A stretch of 55,257 bases of DNA, from NCBI GenBank assembly GCA_964530595.1, contig CAZGZL010000002.1:1-55257 (forward strand). The letters run 5' to 3'. Positions within the stretch are counted from its first letter, which is position 1; each line of letters begins with the position of its first letter. The position numbers were made by a program, and so were the translations under genes. Below the pieces are notes generated by a model. The model had not been told where the DNA came from. It made no database searches and worked only from the letters and a program-made list of their open reading frames with translations. This stretch comes from an uncultured Prevotellaceae bacterium. Lineage in GTDB: Bacteria; Bacteroidota; Bacteroidia; Bacteroidales; UBA3663. This document shows, one piece after another, positions 18,799-28,579 of this stretch.

Positions 18799-20142
18799 AT
18801 GAAACTTAGCGACTTTTATGATCCGCGGGAATACCGTGCGTTGGTACGGTTGGGATTACCTATCACGGTCGGACAAATCGGCATGACGATACAGGGATTG
18901 GCAGACACCATGATGGTGGGGCAACATGCTACCGCCGAATTGGCGGCTGCCGGCTTTGTCAACAACCTTTTTACCTTAGCGATCTTGCTCAGCATGGGCT
19001 ATTCCATGGGCGCCGTCTCGCAGATTGGTGCCTACCATGCGCAGGGGCGACGATCCACCATGTTGTCGCTTTTCAAGGCGAGTTTGGTGGCAGATACCTT
19101 GCAATGTCTTTGTATTGTAGCGGCAATGATTGGTCTTTATGCCGCATTGCCTTACTTAGGACAGCCGGCTGAGCTATTGCCGTTGATGCGTCCCTATTTC
19201 ATTATTCTCTTAGTTTCGTTGCCCACAGTGACGTTGGGAGGTGCTTTCAAACAGTTTTTTGACAGCATGGGGGACACATGGGTCTCCATGATTATCACGC
19301 TGATCGGCAACATTTGGAATGTGGTCTTCAATGCCCTATGGATCTTCGGATTGTGTGGATTTCCGGAATTAGGTATCGTCGGTGCGGCATGGGCAACGCT
19401 GACAGCTCGTGTCGTGATGTTGTTGCTTTACGTGGGTTTCTTCCTCTTGCACAAGAAATACCAGATCTATCGTGCCCTGTGGCGCACCGAAACCATGCAA
19501 CGAATGCACATCGGTGTTTTGAATCGCTTGGGATGGCCTATCGCCATCCAGTTGGGCATGGAGACGGCTTCCTTCTCGCTTTGTGCCATCTTATTGGGGT
19601 GGGTGGGCACAACCGCATTGGCTGCCCATCAAGTGATGCTCAACGTCGCCATGATCATCTATCTATTCTATATAGGAGTCGGCAGTGCCGTTACTATTCG
19701 CGTGAGCAATTATCACGGTTTATCCGATCGCCTCGGAGAGCGACGAGCTGCACATTCCGGTTATCAGCTCATCCTCTTGGTCGGCATCGTTGCCAGCTCT
19801 ATTGTGTTTTATTTCCGCTACCATTTAGCGGCGCTCTTCACGGATAATGCCGAAGTGACGGAGACCGTCGCACTGATGGCTTGGCCGCTCATATTGTATC
19901 AGTTAGGCGACGGAATGCAGACTAATTACGTTAGCGCCTTGCGCGGCTTAGGGGATGTTAAACCTTTGGTACGTTATTCCTTTATTGCTTACATCGTCGT
20001 CTCTCTACCGCTTAGTTATCTCTTCGGTATTGTTTTTCAGTGGGGCGCTTTCGGGATTTGGATGGGATTTCCTTTTGGACTGACTTTGGCGGGCATTCTC
20101 TATCTCCGCAGATTTGTCAGCCATTATCGTAGTGTTGTTTAA
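18799..20142 (+). CDS. MATE-family multidrug/toxin efflux transporter
   Basis: 12 TM helices and an N-terminal LGLPITVGQIGMTIQGLADTMMVGQ motif characteristic of the NorM/DinF family. Confidence 0.85.
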   Translation: MKLSDFYDPREYRALVRLGLPITVGQIGMTIQGLADTMMVGQHATAELAAAGFVNNLFTLAILLSMGYSMGAVSQIGAYHAQGRRSTMLSLFKASLVADTLQCLCIVAAMIGLYAALPYLGQPAELLPLMRPYFIILLVSLPTVTLGGAFKQFFDSMGDTWVSMIITLIGNIWNVVFNALWIFGLCGFPELGIVGAAWATLTARVVMLLLYVGFFLLHKKYQIYRALWRTETMQRMHIGVLNRLGWPIAIQLGMETASFSLCAILLGWVGTTALAAHQVMLNVAMIIYLFYIGVGSAVTIRVSNYHGLSDRLGERRAAHSGYQLILLVGIVASSIVFYFRYHLAALFTDNAEVTETVALMAWPLILYQLGDGMQTNYVSALRGLGDVKPLVRYSFIAYIVVSLPLSYLFGIVFQWGAFGIWMGFPFGLTLAGILYLRRFVSHYRSVV

Positions 20143-20215
20143 TCACATCGGATCCATCGTAAAGTAGTTTAATCCAATGTGATTCATTGTAAGGTTGATA
20201 AATCACATTGGATCC
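20141..20215. repeat. Triple 13-15 nt repeat (direct-inverted-direct) forming alternative hairpins at the MATE/priA convergent junction; probable bidirectional terminator
   Basis: AATCACATCGGAT (20141..20153), ATCCAATGTGATT (20172..20184), AATCACATTGGAT (20201..20213). The middle arm pairs perfectly (13 bp) with the right copy and with one mismatch with the left copy. Confidence 0.6.
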
Positions 20216-22692
20216 ACATCGTAGTAGATCACGACGCGCGAATAGTCCGGGTCGTGCTGCATCTCGGCGTCGGCTTGTGTCAGGCAACGCCGCACCGCGT
20301 CGGGCGAGGCGTCGCGCTCGATCTTGAGCAGGATCTTGCGGATGTAGAAGAGCTTGACGCGGGACACCGGCGGCGCGTCCGGACCGAGCACGCGGTTGCC
20401 GAACGTACGTTGCAGCAATGCCGCATAATGGCGCGCCACGCGATCCAGCCGTTCCTCATAGCGCCCCTTCAGATAGAGGGCAATCATGCGCGTGAAGGGG
20501 GGATAGCCGAAGCGTTGACGGTCGGACAGCTGACTTTGCGCCATGCCGACATAGTCGTGTGCCAACACGAATTGCAATAGGGGGTGGTGCGGATCGGTGC
20601 ATTGGATCAGCACCCGTCCGCCGCCGTGTCGTCCGGCGCGCCCTGCCACCTGCTCCATCAGCTGGAACGCACGTTCCATAGCGCGGAAATCGGGCTGCTT
20701 CATCAGCGCGTCGGCGTTGAGAATCCCTACCAAATTGACTCCATTGAAATCCAATCCTTTACTTACCATCTGGGTGCCGATCAGCAGATTGCTGTGCCCC
20801 TCCTCGAAGCGGCGGATGTATTGTTCGTAGCTATCGCGTCGTCCCGTCGTATCGGTATCCATGCGCAATGTTCGCGCTTGGGGCAGTACGCTCCGTGCCA
20901 ACTCCTCGATGCGTTCCGTGCCGTAGCCTATCTGCTCCATCACTGTCCCGCCGCACGAGGGACAACGTTCGGGTAGGGGCTGTGTGTAGCCGCAGTAGTG
21001 ACACGTCATGCTGCGTGCCCCCTTGTGATAGGTCAAGCTGACGTCGCACCGCGGACAGCGTGGCGACCAGCTGCATGCGGGACATTCCACCAAGGGGGCA
21101 AATCCGCGGCGGTTCTGGAAGAGTATCGCCTGTTTGCCCGCAGAGAAGGTCTGTCGTAGGGCACCAAGCAGTGTGGGTGTGAAAGGTCCCGTCATGACCT
21201 GTTCGCGGCGTGGCTCTTTCATCGAGACCAGTTGAATAGCGGGCAGGGGGCGATCGGCGTGGCGACGGGTTAGGGAGACCAACCCATACTTGCCGCGCAG
21301 CGCCAAGTAATAGCTCTCCAAGCTCGGCGTTGCCGACCCTAAAAGCACCTTGGCGCCGTGCAGCCTCGCCAAGACGATAGCGGTGTCGCGCCCGTGGTAT
21401 CGAGGCGCCGGATCCTGCTGTTTGAAGGAGGGTTCATGCTCCTCGTCCACGATGATCAGTCCCAAGTGGCGCAGCGGCAGTAGCACCGCGGAGCGTACCC
21501 CCACCACCAGCCGCACGCGGTCGTCGTCCAAGATCTGTTGCCAGATTTCCACTCGTTGCCGATCGCTCAGCTTGGAGTGGTAGACCACCATCCCTCTGCC
21601 GAACACTCGGCGCAGTCGCGCCGTCAGTTGCGTCGTCAGCGCGATCTCGGGCAGCATCATCAGCACGCATTGTCCGCGCTCCCACGCTTTCCGGATCAGG
21701 TGTATATATACCTCTGTCTTGCCGCTTGAGGTGACGCCATGCAGCAGACAGACTTGTTGCGTCTCGAACGCTCGGTAGATGCCGTCCAACGCCTCCTGTT
21801 GTGCCTCCGAGAGGGGGTTCGGTGGGAGTAGGGGGGCATCCTCTGTCGTCGCTGTGTCTCTGCGCGGCGCCTCTTGCGTCACGATCTCCACAATTCCCTT
21901 CTTACGCAGCTCGTTCAGCGGGGCTGCCGTGCAGCCTACCGCCTTCAGGAGTGCGGCGCGCTCCACGGCGGTAGCCACACCTGTGCCGAGCACCCCCGAA
22001 TCGTCCAAAAGTTTCAGCAGCAGCTTCTCTTGCTGTGTCGAACGGTTCACCATCCTGAAATAAGTGTCGAGGGCGGGACGAAGCTCCCCTGTGGGTAATA
22101 CCAGACGTACCATCTGTATCGTTTTGGGGCGGTAGGTTGGGGCAATCTCCTCCTGCACATACACCGCTCCGACCTCCACCAAGCGGCGGATGACGGGCAG
22201 CAGGTTGTGCCGTTCGGTGCGTTTCTCAAGGGTGGCGATGCTGCACGGCTTGTCGCCTAAGGCGCACAGTAGCTCTCGCTCCGAGGGGGTGAGTGGTTCG
22301 TCTTCCCCCTCCTCGAACTCCGGCTGAGCACAGACCGTTGTCTCGCTCTCCATCTTCATGCCTGAGGGAAATGCCGCCTTCATCACCTCCCCCTCGCTAC
22401 ATATATAATAATGTGCCATCCACTGCCACAGGCGGTGGCTCTTTGGTGGTACCACCGGGCGGCTGTCCAACACCTGTACGACCTCCTTCAGCTTGACCTC
22501 CTTTTTACCTGCGGTGGGTAGCTCCGCCTCCGGGGGGAGCACCTCCATCACTAAGCCGGTGTAATAGCGGCGTGCGCCGAGGGGAACGATCACGCGTATC
22601 CCGACGGCGATCTGCGGGCGCATCTCGTCGGCAAAAGTGTAGCTATAGACTTGAGCTAAAGGGAGGGGTAACAAGACCGAACAACAATTCAT
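20203..22692 (-). CDS. priA: Primosomal protein N' (replication restart helicase PriA)
   Basis: LLHGVTSSGKTEVY (Walker A), DEEH box, Cys-rich zinc-binding insert (CPACSWSPRCPRCDVSLTYH...CHYCG...CPSCGG). Start set at the ATG at 22692 (MNCCSVLLPLPL). Confidence 0.92.
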   Translation of the reverse strand: MNCCSVLLPLPLAQVYSYTFADEMRPQIAVGIRVIVPLGARRYYTGLVMEVLPPEAELPTAGKKEVKLKEVVQVLDSRPVVPPKSHRLWQWMAHYYICSEGEVMKAAFPSGMKMESETTVCAQPEFEEGEDEPLTPSERELLCALGDKPCSIATLEKRTERHNLLPVIRRLVEVGAVYVQEEIAPTYRPKTIQMVRLVLPTGELRPALDTYFRMVNRSTQQEKLLLKLLDDSGVLGTGVATAVERAALLKAVGCTAAPLNELRKKGIVEIVTQEAPRRDTATTEDAPLLPPNPLSEAQQEALDGIYRAFETQQVCLLHGVTSSGKTEVYIHLIRKAWERGQCVLMMLPEIALTTQLTARLRRVFGRGMVVYHSKLSDRQRVEIWQQILDDDRVRLVVGVRSAVLLPLRHLGLIIVDEEHEPSFKQQDPAPRYHGRDTAIVLARLHGAKVLLGSATPSLESYYLALRGKYGLVSLTRRHADRPLPAIQLVSMKEPRREQVMTGPFTPTLLGALRQTFSAGKQAILFQNRRGFAPLVECPACSWSPRCPRCDVSLTYHKGARSMTCHYCGYTQPLPERCPSCGGTVMEQIGYGTERIEELARSVLPQARTLRMDTDTTGRRDSYEQYIRRFEEGHSNLLIGTQMVSKGLDFNGVNLVGILNADALMKQPDFRAMERAFQLMEQVAGRAGRHGGGRVLIQCTDPHHPLLQFVLAHDYVGMAQSQLSDRQRFGYPPFTRMIALYLKGRYEERLDRVARHYAALLQRTFGNRVLGPDAPPVSRVKLFYIRKILLKIERDASPDAVRRCLTQADAEMQHDPDYSRVVIYYDVDPM

Positions 22693-23027
22693 GCGGCGAA
22701 GATAGGCAAATTCGGCGCCCGCGTCTCCGAAATCGACTATTTTAACACAAAACGCTGCGTACCTCTGCTCCGGGCGTTGTGCGTCGCCTCCCGCTCGAAT
22801 CGGAGGTGGGGGAGGTGTCGGGAAATACCCTTGCACGGCGATGCTCCCAACGGTTCGAACCTTTTCTCCTCGCGCAGGAGATAGGCGGTGTACATTCGTT
22901 TGGCGATAAAATATTGTCGATCAATGGCAAATAGAATGCCTGCACAGTAAATAAACACACAAAAAGCAATATTTTTCGTTTTTTTTCAAAAAAAATAATC
23001 TCGGAGTGTTCTATTTTCAAAAATGAA

Positions 23028-23035
23028 CTATATTT
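23028..23035 (+). promoter_or_regulatory. Bacteroidetes -7 promoter element (TATATTTG), candidate promoter of the envelope cluster
   Basis: Exact TAnnTTTG match about 250 nt upstream of the ATG at 23288, which implies a long leader. Confidence 0.35.
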
Positions 23036-23287
23036 GCGCCAAATTTGGTATAATAAGAGTGTGCCACACATGATGCAGAGGACATATACTCCTTAATGTC
23101 TATGATAAGAAAAATACAGCCCGATCTGTACTTATTGATTCAATGAATGGGGAAGATGTTATAGGCTTCTTTCGACAAGTGTCTGTTGTACGCTCTATTC
23201 ATACCGGACGTGTAGAGAGTGTTTGCATTTGATATTACGTGGAATAAAATATTAAAAAATATAACCTTTTTAATTAGTAGTCGTAAA

Positions 23288-26119
23288 ATGAAAAAACAAT
23301 CTTTTAGTGCGCTTTTGTTGGCAACGTCGTTGTTGGCAACGGGCTACGTAAGTTCTTGCAAGGACAACGATTCGGACTTGTTTACGGACTTAGATCGAGA
23401 GTTATCAGAACAGGCCTCTTTGAGCGCTGCTCTGCAAAGTCAGTTGGATGCTTTGCAAACAAAGATCCAAGAGTTGGAGGCTAAAAAGGAATGTGTCTGC
23501 CAGATTTCAGAGTCATGGAAAAACACTTTAGCGAGTGGTAGCTTTGACGACAGTCTTAAGGATTCATGGCAGCGTTTGTATGGTGGTGTTTATGCTACAC
23601 AGAGCGGTTTGGATCAGGCTTTGAGCGAGGCTCAGGCTGCACGTGAATTGGCGACGCGCCTCCTCGCGCAGTCTTCAGTGAACGCCGACAGCCTCGTGAT
23701 CTTGGACGCCAAGATTGCTGCCGCTAACGCAAATATTTCTGAAGCTATCAGCAAGGCTAATGCAGCTTCCGAGCTCGCTCAGTCTGCTCTTAATACTGCC
23801 AATACTGCCAACACTACGGCAGAGGCTGCTTTGGCTTTGGCACAAGAGACTAAGGAGGCTTTGGCTAACTTGTCTATCCCCACAGCTACACCCGACCTCT
23901 CAGGTGTTCACGATTCATTGGTTACTATCTATAACTATGTAGACGTCATCAACAGCCAGATTTCCAATTTGGGTACAGTGACTGCCAACGCTGCCGACGC
24001 TTTGGCTAAGGCTACGGCTAATGAGGCTGAAATCGCTGCATTGCAGGGCAAGGTGGCAGGCTTCGACAAGGCTTTGGCTGACTCTGTAGCTATCTTGCGT
24101 GCAGAGGCTCAGACCAACTACAATCAGGCTGTCATCGTCGCTCAGACCGCTGTCGAGGGCTTGCGTGCTGATCTCACGCAGTCTATCGCCAACCTGAAGA
24201 GCGAATTGGAACCCCGTATTGCAGCCAACGAGACTGCTATTGCCACTTTGACGACCGCCGTAGCTGCCAATGCCGCTAAGTTGACGACTTTGGAGTCTAC
24301 CGTTAACGGCGTTAAGGCTGACTTGGCTAAGTTGATCACCGGCATCTTGATCCAAGGTACTCAGGATCCTGTCTTCGGATACTTGGCTCTCCCCTTGGGC
24401 GTTCAGACCAACATCTTGGCATCTTACTACGGCCGAGCACAGGGTTCTGATTTGTACTTCCCGACGATACGCGCCGCTCGTTATATCGACGCTGATCAAG
24501 CGTTGACAGAGGCTGAAGCCAACTTGATCGGATTGCAGGAAACTACCATCGCTGAGGCTGGGGAAGTTCTGATCGGCGGTACAGGCAATGCAGGTAAGAT
24601 TTACCTCACCATCAACCCCACCAACATCGACTTCACAGGTCAGGAGCTCGTGCTCGAAACCAGTGCCGGTCGTGCTTCAAAGATTAAGTTGACCAACTTG
24701 AAGCACTCTACTACCGAACTTTCGTTTGGCTATTCTCGTGCCGCTTCTAACGGCTTCTACGAGGCTGACGCTACTCTCCTCGGTGATGATGCTGAAGAGG
24801 CTACGCCGAACATCGACCTCGCTTCTTTCAAGTCGGTGGCTAAAGATTTGTTGAACAACGGTACAAGCTTCAACTTGACGAACTTTGTCACGACGTTCTA
24901 CAACAACATCAACGCATTCTTGCCCCGCTATGGCGCTAAGGCTTCTTGGACGAACTCCGATGGCGACACCGTTTCTGTATTGTCGCAGTACGACCTCGCA
25001 ACGACGGCTCTCCGCCCGTTGTCTTACAACTTCTTGAAGGATGGCGTTTCGATTAGTGCCTTGAACAAACGTCTCCCGTTGATCGACGAGCATTTGATTG
25101 ACAATCTTGTCGACAAGATGACCAATGACATCAAGATCAATATCAAGTTTGATGCGATCAGTATTAACGTTCCCGAAATTCCCGAATTGAAACTGGAAAT
25201 TAACTGGAAGGATATAGAGTTCACCGCAAGTGGCGATATTCAGGTTACGTTCAATTATGAGGTACCGAACTATAAGGGACAGTATAATGAAGAGACCGGA
25301 GAGGTTGAACTTATACAGATTGGCACTACGCCCCAGACCGGTTCAACCACTATCAAGGGCGAACAATTCAGCGGTTTGTTTGAAAACATTCAAGATGAAG
25401 TGAATAAGTCAATGGAGAAAGTGGTTGAGGAGATCAATAGCTTCACAGGCCAAATCAGCGATTTCACAGGTCAGATCAAGAGTGTTATTACGCAGATCAG
25501 CGGTCTCCAAGATCAGATCAATAATATGCTCAGTGGCTTGAACACGCAGCTTGATTCACAGGTTCAGAGCCTCATCGACGGCATCAAGAACAGCTTGAAG
25601 GGTACTACGAGCGGATATATCCAGACGGTGAACTCTTACATCAGCAAGGTGAACAGCGTCTTGAATCGCTTGACCAGCGCCATCAACAACGTCAACAGCA
25701 AGCTGCAGCCGACGATGCTCTACACCGCTGGCGACGGCACTACCTATCAGGTCAGCGCTGCACGTCTCCTCCCGACGCAGGTTAAGGTTTCCGGCAGCGG
25801 CGTACAGGGCATTGAATTGAACTTGACATCGTACACGGCTGAACTTTTGGCTCCCGCCTTCAAGAAGTATGTCGCTGTTACCAATGTGTATAACGGTGAC
25901 AAGAACGCTCAGGCCGGTGACGCAGACTGCATCGCTGCTGCTAAGCTCGCCAACAATAGCGAATACTTCTTCAACAGCGTGCTCGAAGGATCACAGCACA
26001 GTGTAGTCTTCACGACGGACGCTAAGTATGCAGGTTATACTTACGAGATCGCTTATGCTGCTGTCGACTACTCCGGCATGATCGCTATCCGTCGTTACTA
26101 TGTTCACGTCGCTCAATAA
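23288..26119 (+). CDS. Giant (943 aa) coiled-coil surface/periplasmic lipoprotein of unknown function
   Basis: Lipobox LLATGYVSS-C-KDNDSD. Two long Ala/Gln/Leu/Ser/Asn-rich helical regions (about nt 23380..24355 and 25361..25715) flank a beta-rich middle, with a C-terminal beta-sandwich-like domain. Start set at the ATG at 23288. Confidence 0.75.
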   Translation: MKKQSFSALLLATSLLATGYVSSCKDNDSDLFTDLDRELSEQASLSAALQSQLDALQTKIQELEAKKECVCQISESWKNTLASGSFDDSLKDSWQRLYGGVYATQSGLDQALSEAQAARELATRLLAQSSVNADSLVILDAKIAAANANISEAISKANAASELAQSALNTANTANTTAEAALALAQETKEALANLSIPTATPDLSGVHDSLVTIYNYVDVINSQISNLGTVTANAADALAKATANEAEIAALQGKVAGFDKALADSVAILRAEAQTNYNQAVIVAQTAVEGLRADLTQSIANLKSELEPRIAANETAIATLTTAVAANAAKLTTLESTVNGVKADLAKLITGILIQGTQDPVFGYLALPLGVQTNILASYYGRAQGSDLYFPTIRAARYIDADQALTEAEANLIGLQETTIAEAGEVLIGGTGNAGKIYLTINPTNIDFTGQELVLETSAGRASKIKLTNLKHSTTELSFGYSRAASNGFYEADATLLGDDAEEATPNIDLASFKSVAKDLLNNGTSFNLTNFVTTFYNNINAFLPRYGAKASWTNSDGDTVSVLSQYDLATTALRPLSYNFLKDGVSISALNKRLPLIDEHLIDNLVDKMTNDIKINIKFDAISINVPEIPELKLEINWKDIEFTASGDIQVTFNYEVPNYKGQYNEETGEVELIQIGTTPQTGSTTIKGEQFSGLFENIQDEVNKSMEKVVEEINSFTGQISDFTGQIKSVITQISGLQDQINNMLSGLNTQLDSQVQSLIDGIKNSLKGTTSGYIQTVNSYISKVNSVLNRLTSAINNVNSKLQPTMLYTAGDGTTYQVSAARLLPTQVKVSGSGVQGIELNLTSYTAELLAPAFKKYVAVTNVYNGDKNAQAGDADCIAAAKLANNSEYFFNSVLEGSQHSVVFTTDAKYAGYTYEIAYAAVDYSGMIAIRRYYVHVAQ

Positions 26120-26177
26120 GCTCTAACGTGTCCTAAATTAAATCAGATAACCACAAAGTTATTTAGACAAGGAAGTT

Positions 26178-27299
26178 ATGAAAATGATCAATAAATTCTG
26201 TTTCACTGCTGTGCTTGCATCGGCTTTTGCCGGTGCACAAGCACAGGAACAGGAAACTAAGATAGTAGAAGAGTTTAATCCTCACTTCTACGTAGGAGCA
26301 CAGTTTGGTGCTCAATATACATTGGGCGAATTGGACTTCGGCGACTTGATTTCTCCCACGGCTCAGATTTTGGGCGGCTACAACTTCACTCCGGTTTGGG
26401 GCGTTCGTTTGGGCATCAACGCATGGCAGAGCAAGGGCGGTCAGGAGTCGAGCGTTGTCGGCGACCAGAAATGGAAGTGGAACTACATCGCTCCGAACAT
26501 CGACGTCACTTTGAACCTCTCTAACCTGATCGCAGGCTACAATCCCCAGCGTTTGGTGAACGTCGGCATCTTCGCCGGTGTGGGCGCTAACTTCGCTTTC
26601 AACAACGACGAGGCTAAGACGGCTCAACAGAACCTCTCTTACGCCGGCGCTACCAAGCAGCCCCTCTCGTTGCTTTGGAGCGACAACAAGGCATTCTTCC
26701 AAGGCCGTTTCGGTGCGAACATCGACTTCCGCCTCTCTGACCACTGGTCGGTAGGCATCGAGGCTCAAGCCAACGTCCTCAACGATCATTACAACTCGAA
26801 GGATGCTGACAACGGCGACTGGTACTTCAACGCCTTGGCTGGTGTGAAGTACAACATCGGCAAGACTCACAAGTCTAAGTCCGTGCCGGTAGAACGCTGC
26901 GTTCCTACCGAGAAGATCGTCGAGAAGGTAGTAGAGAAGATCGTCGAGAAGCCGGTAGAGGTGGTCAAGAAGCAAGACGACGAGATCCGTCGCGATGTCT
27001 TCTTCGTGATCGCTACAACGACAGTTTCGGATGCTGAAATGGTGAAGGTGAAGGAAATCGTGAACTTCCTCCAAGAACATCCCGAAGCTAAGGTACAGGT
27101 GACTGGTTATGCCGACCGCGGAACCGGTCATTCAGAGATGAACTCCACGTTGGCTCAGCGCCGTGCTGAGGCTGTCGTCAAGGCGTTGAAGAACGCCGGC
27201 ATTGACGAGTCGCGCATCAGCTCCGACAGCAAGGGCGACGTAGAGCAACCGTTCTCTGTCAACGAGTTGAACCGCGTCTCTATCTGTATCGCTAAATGA
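26178..27299 (+). CDS. OmpA-family outer-membrane protein (N-terminal barrel plus C-terminal peptidoglycan-binding OmpA_C domain)
   Basis: Signal peptide ending AQAQ. Beta-barrel half (YVGAQFGAQYTLG..., WGVRLGINAWQSKGG). OmpA_C motifs (VTGYADRGTGHSEMNSTLAQRRAEAVVKALKNAGI). EK-rich repeat linker. Confidence 0.88.
   Translation: MKMINKFCFTAVLASAFAGAQAQEQETKIVEEFNPHFYVGAQFGAQYTLGELDFGDLISPTAQILGGYNFTPVWGVRLGINAWQSKGGQESSVVGDQKWKWNYIAPNIDVTLNLSNLIAGYNPQRLVNVGIFAGVGANFAFNNDEAKTAQQNLSYAGATKQPLSLLWSDNKAFFQGRFGANIDFRLSDHWSVGIEAQANVLNDHYNSKDADNGDWYFNALAGVKYNIGKTHKSKSVPVERCVPTEKIVEKVVEKIVEKPVEVVKKQDDEIRRDVFFVIATTTVSDAEMVKVKEIVNFLQEHPEAKVQVTGYADRGTGHSEMNSTLAQRRAEAVVKALKNAGIDESRISSDSKGDVEQPFSVNELNRVSICIAK
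26910..26972 (+). repeat. In-frame 24-nt tandem repeat (about 2.6 copies) encoding the EKIVEKVV/EKIVEKPV/EVVKK linker of the OmpA-like protein
   Basis: GAGAAGATCGTCGAGAAGGTAGTA / GAGAAGATCGTCGAGAAGCCGGTA / GAGGTGGTCAAGAAG. Confidence 0.85.
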
Positions 27300-27327
27300 T
27301 GCAAGATTCATCATTCTGAATAACAAT

Positions 27328-27379
27328 ATCTCTCCTGTAAGTCCGTTCTTACTTGCAGGAGAGATTTGTCTTGTTTTTT
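27328..27379 (+). terminator. Rho-independent terminator after the OmpA-like gene
   Basis: 15-bp stem ATCTCTCCTGTAAGT / ACTTGCAGGAGAGAT (one G-U pair) followed by a T-rich tract (TTGTCTTGTTTTTT). Confidence 0.8.
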
Positions 27380-27436
27380 GCTGACCGACGAATGAAACCA
27401 TCACATTTGGAATACTTAGATTAAAAACAGCATTGT

Positions 27437-28561
27437 ATGAAGAGAATATTTACGACTTTATGTCTTGCCGGTCAGGTGTTGACCTCTTTGGCACAATATA
27501 CAGGCGACGGATACTATCGTCTCAAGAATTTCATGACGGAACGTTACGCCTACATCACCGACAGCCACGGCAGCATTGATTATCAGGGCATGACCGCTGA
27601 TATGGCGGCTGTCGAGCTATGGAAAGACCTAAACCGTGCGATCCCCGATCCCGCTTCAATTATTTATATCAAAAATGTCGGCAATAATAACTACGACATT
27701 CAGGGACAGGGCATCGGTCTGTACAGCATCATCGGCTACACCTTGCAGCTGTCTCAGAACAGCGATGGCACTTATTATGCCTATGCCGAATACTCCGGCG
27801 TACGTCTTTACATCGGCGACAACGAGACGACGACCATCGCTGACGGCGCGATGAGTAGCATCGCGAAGGGCGAATACCGCAAGTGGAATATCTTGCCTCT
27901 CTCCACCGAGGGCGACAATTATTTCGGCATTCAGCCCGAATTTCAGTTGGGCGACAAATATTACACCACAATGTACGCCTCTTTCCCCTTCTCATGTGCT
28001 TCGTCAGGCATGAAGGTCTACACCGTGACCCAGACCGAAGGAAATCAGGCGGTATATAACGAAATCACAGGCATTGTGCCCGGCGGCACGCCGGTCGTGA
28101 TCGAATGTTCTTCGAACGATCCGACCAACAATCGCCTGAACATCATCGACACTAATATAGCCGCTCCCGCAGACAATTTGTTGTCCGGAGTCTATTTCTT
28201 CACCAAATACACGCGTCCGGCGGCGCCCCATTACAATCGCACCGCCTACGATCCGAATACGATGCGTCTTTTGGGCACGCTCACCGACGGATCGTTGGGA
28301 TTCGTCAAGAGCACTACCACTTCGTGGCTGCCCGCCAACAAAGCTTATCTGAACGTCCCTGCCGATGCTCCGGACGAGATTCGTTGGGTGGATGCGAGCG
28401 AATTTGTCTCTGCCATCGAGACGGTCAAGGGGGACGTTGCGCCCAAGGGCGGCGATATCTTTAACCTCTCCGGCGTTTGCGTCCGTCGCCAAGCTACGAC
28501 GACCGAGGGGCTTCCGTCAGGTGTATATATCCAAGGTGGTCGAAAAATCGTGATCGAATAA
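27437..28561 (+). CDS. Secreted protein of unknown function with a type IX secretion C-terminal sorting domain
   Basis: Signal peptide ending SLAQ. The C-terminus GDIFNLSGVCVRRQATTTEGLPSGVYIQGGRKIVIE matches the T9SS CTD pattern (YDLxGRxV...LPxGxYIxxGKKVxx). No motif recognised in the N-terminal 290 aa. Confidence 0.7.
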   Translation: MKRIFTTLCLAGQVLTSLAQYTGDGYYRLKNFMTERYAYITDSHGSIDYQGMTADMAAVELWKDLNRAIPDPASIIYIKNVGNNNYDIQGQGIGLYSIIGYTLQLSQNSDGTYYAYAEYSGVRLYIGDNETTTIADGAMSSIAKGEYRKWNILPLSTEGDNYFGIQPEFQLGDKYYTTMYASFPFSCASSGMKVYTVTQTEGNQAVYNEITGIVPGGTPVVIECSSNDPTNNRLNIIDTNIAAPADNLLSGVYFFTKYTRPAAPHYNRTAYDPNTMRLLGTLTDGSLGFVKSTTTSWLPANKAYLNVPADAPDEIRWVDASEFVSAIETVKGDVAPKGGDIFNLSGVCVRRQATTTEGLPSGVYIQGGRKIVIE

Positions 28562-28579
28562 TTTATCAATACGAGGGAA

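Noticed and set aside
22693-22836. 48-codon N-terminal extension of priA containing a PTPPPPP run, within a GC-rich 150-nt stretch
   Set aside because: The extension starts at a GTG and has no PriA-like sequence. The canonical PriA N-terminus (VLLPLPL…Y.Y) begins at the ATG at 22692. I could not find a convincing RNA structure or motif that explains the GC-rich stretch, so it is left unannotated.
22852-22860. GGTTCGAAC, resembling a tRNA T-loop
   Set aside because: The flanking bases cannot form a T-stem, and no acceptor, D or anticodon arms are present. It is not a tRNA.
26163-27131. 322-aa ORF antisense to the OmpA-like gene
   Set aside because: It lies entirely opposite a gene with strong family motifs. 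Its translation is low-complexity (V/L/D/E/H-rich) with no signal or domain pattern. This is a typical shadow ORF of codon-biased GC-rich coding DNA.
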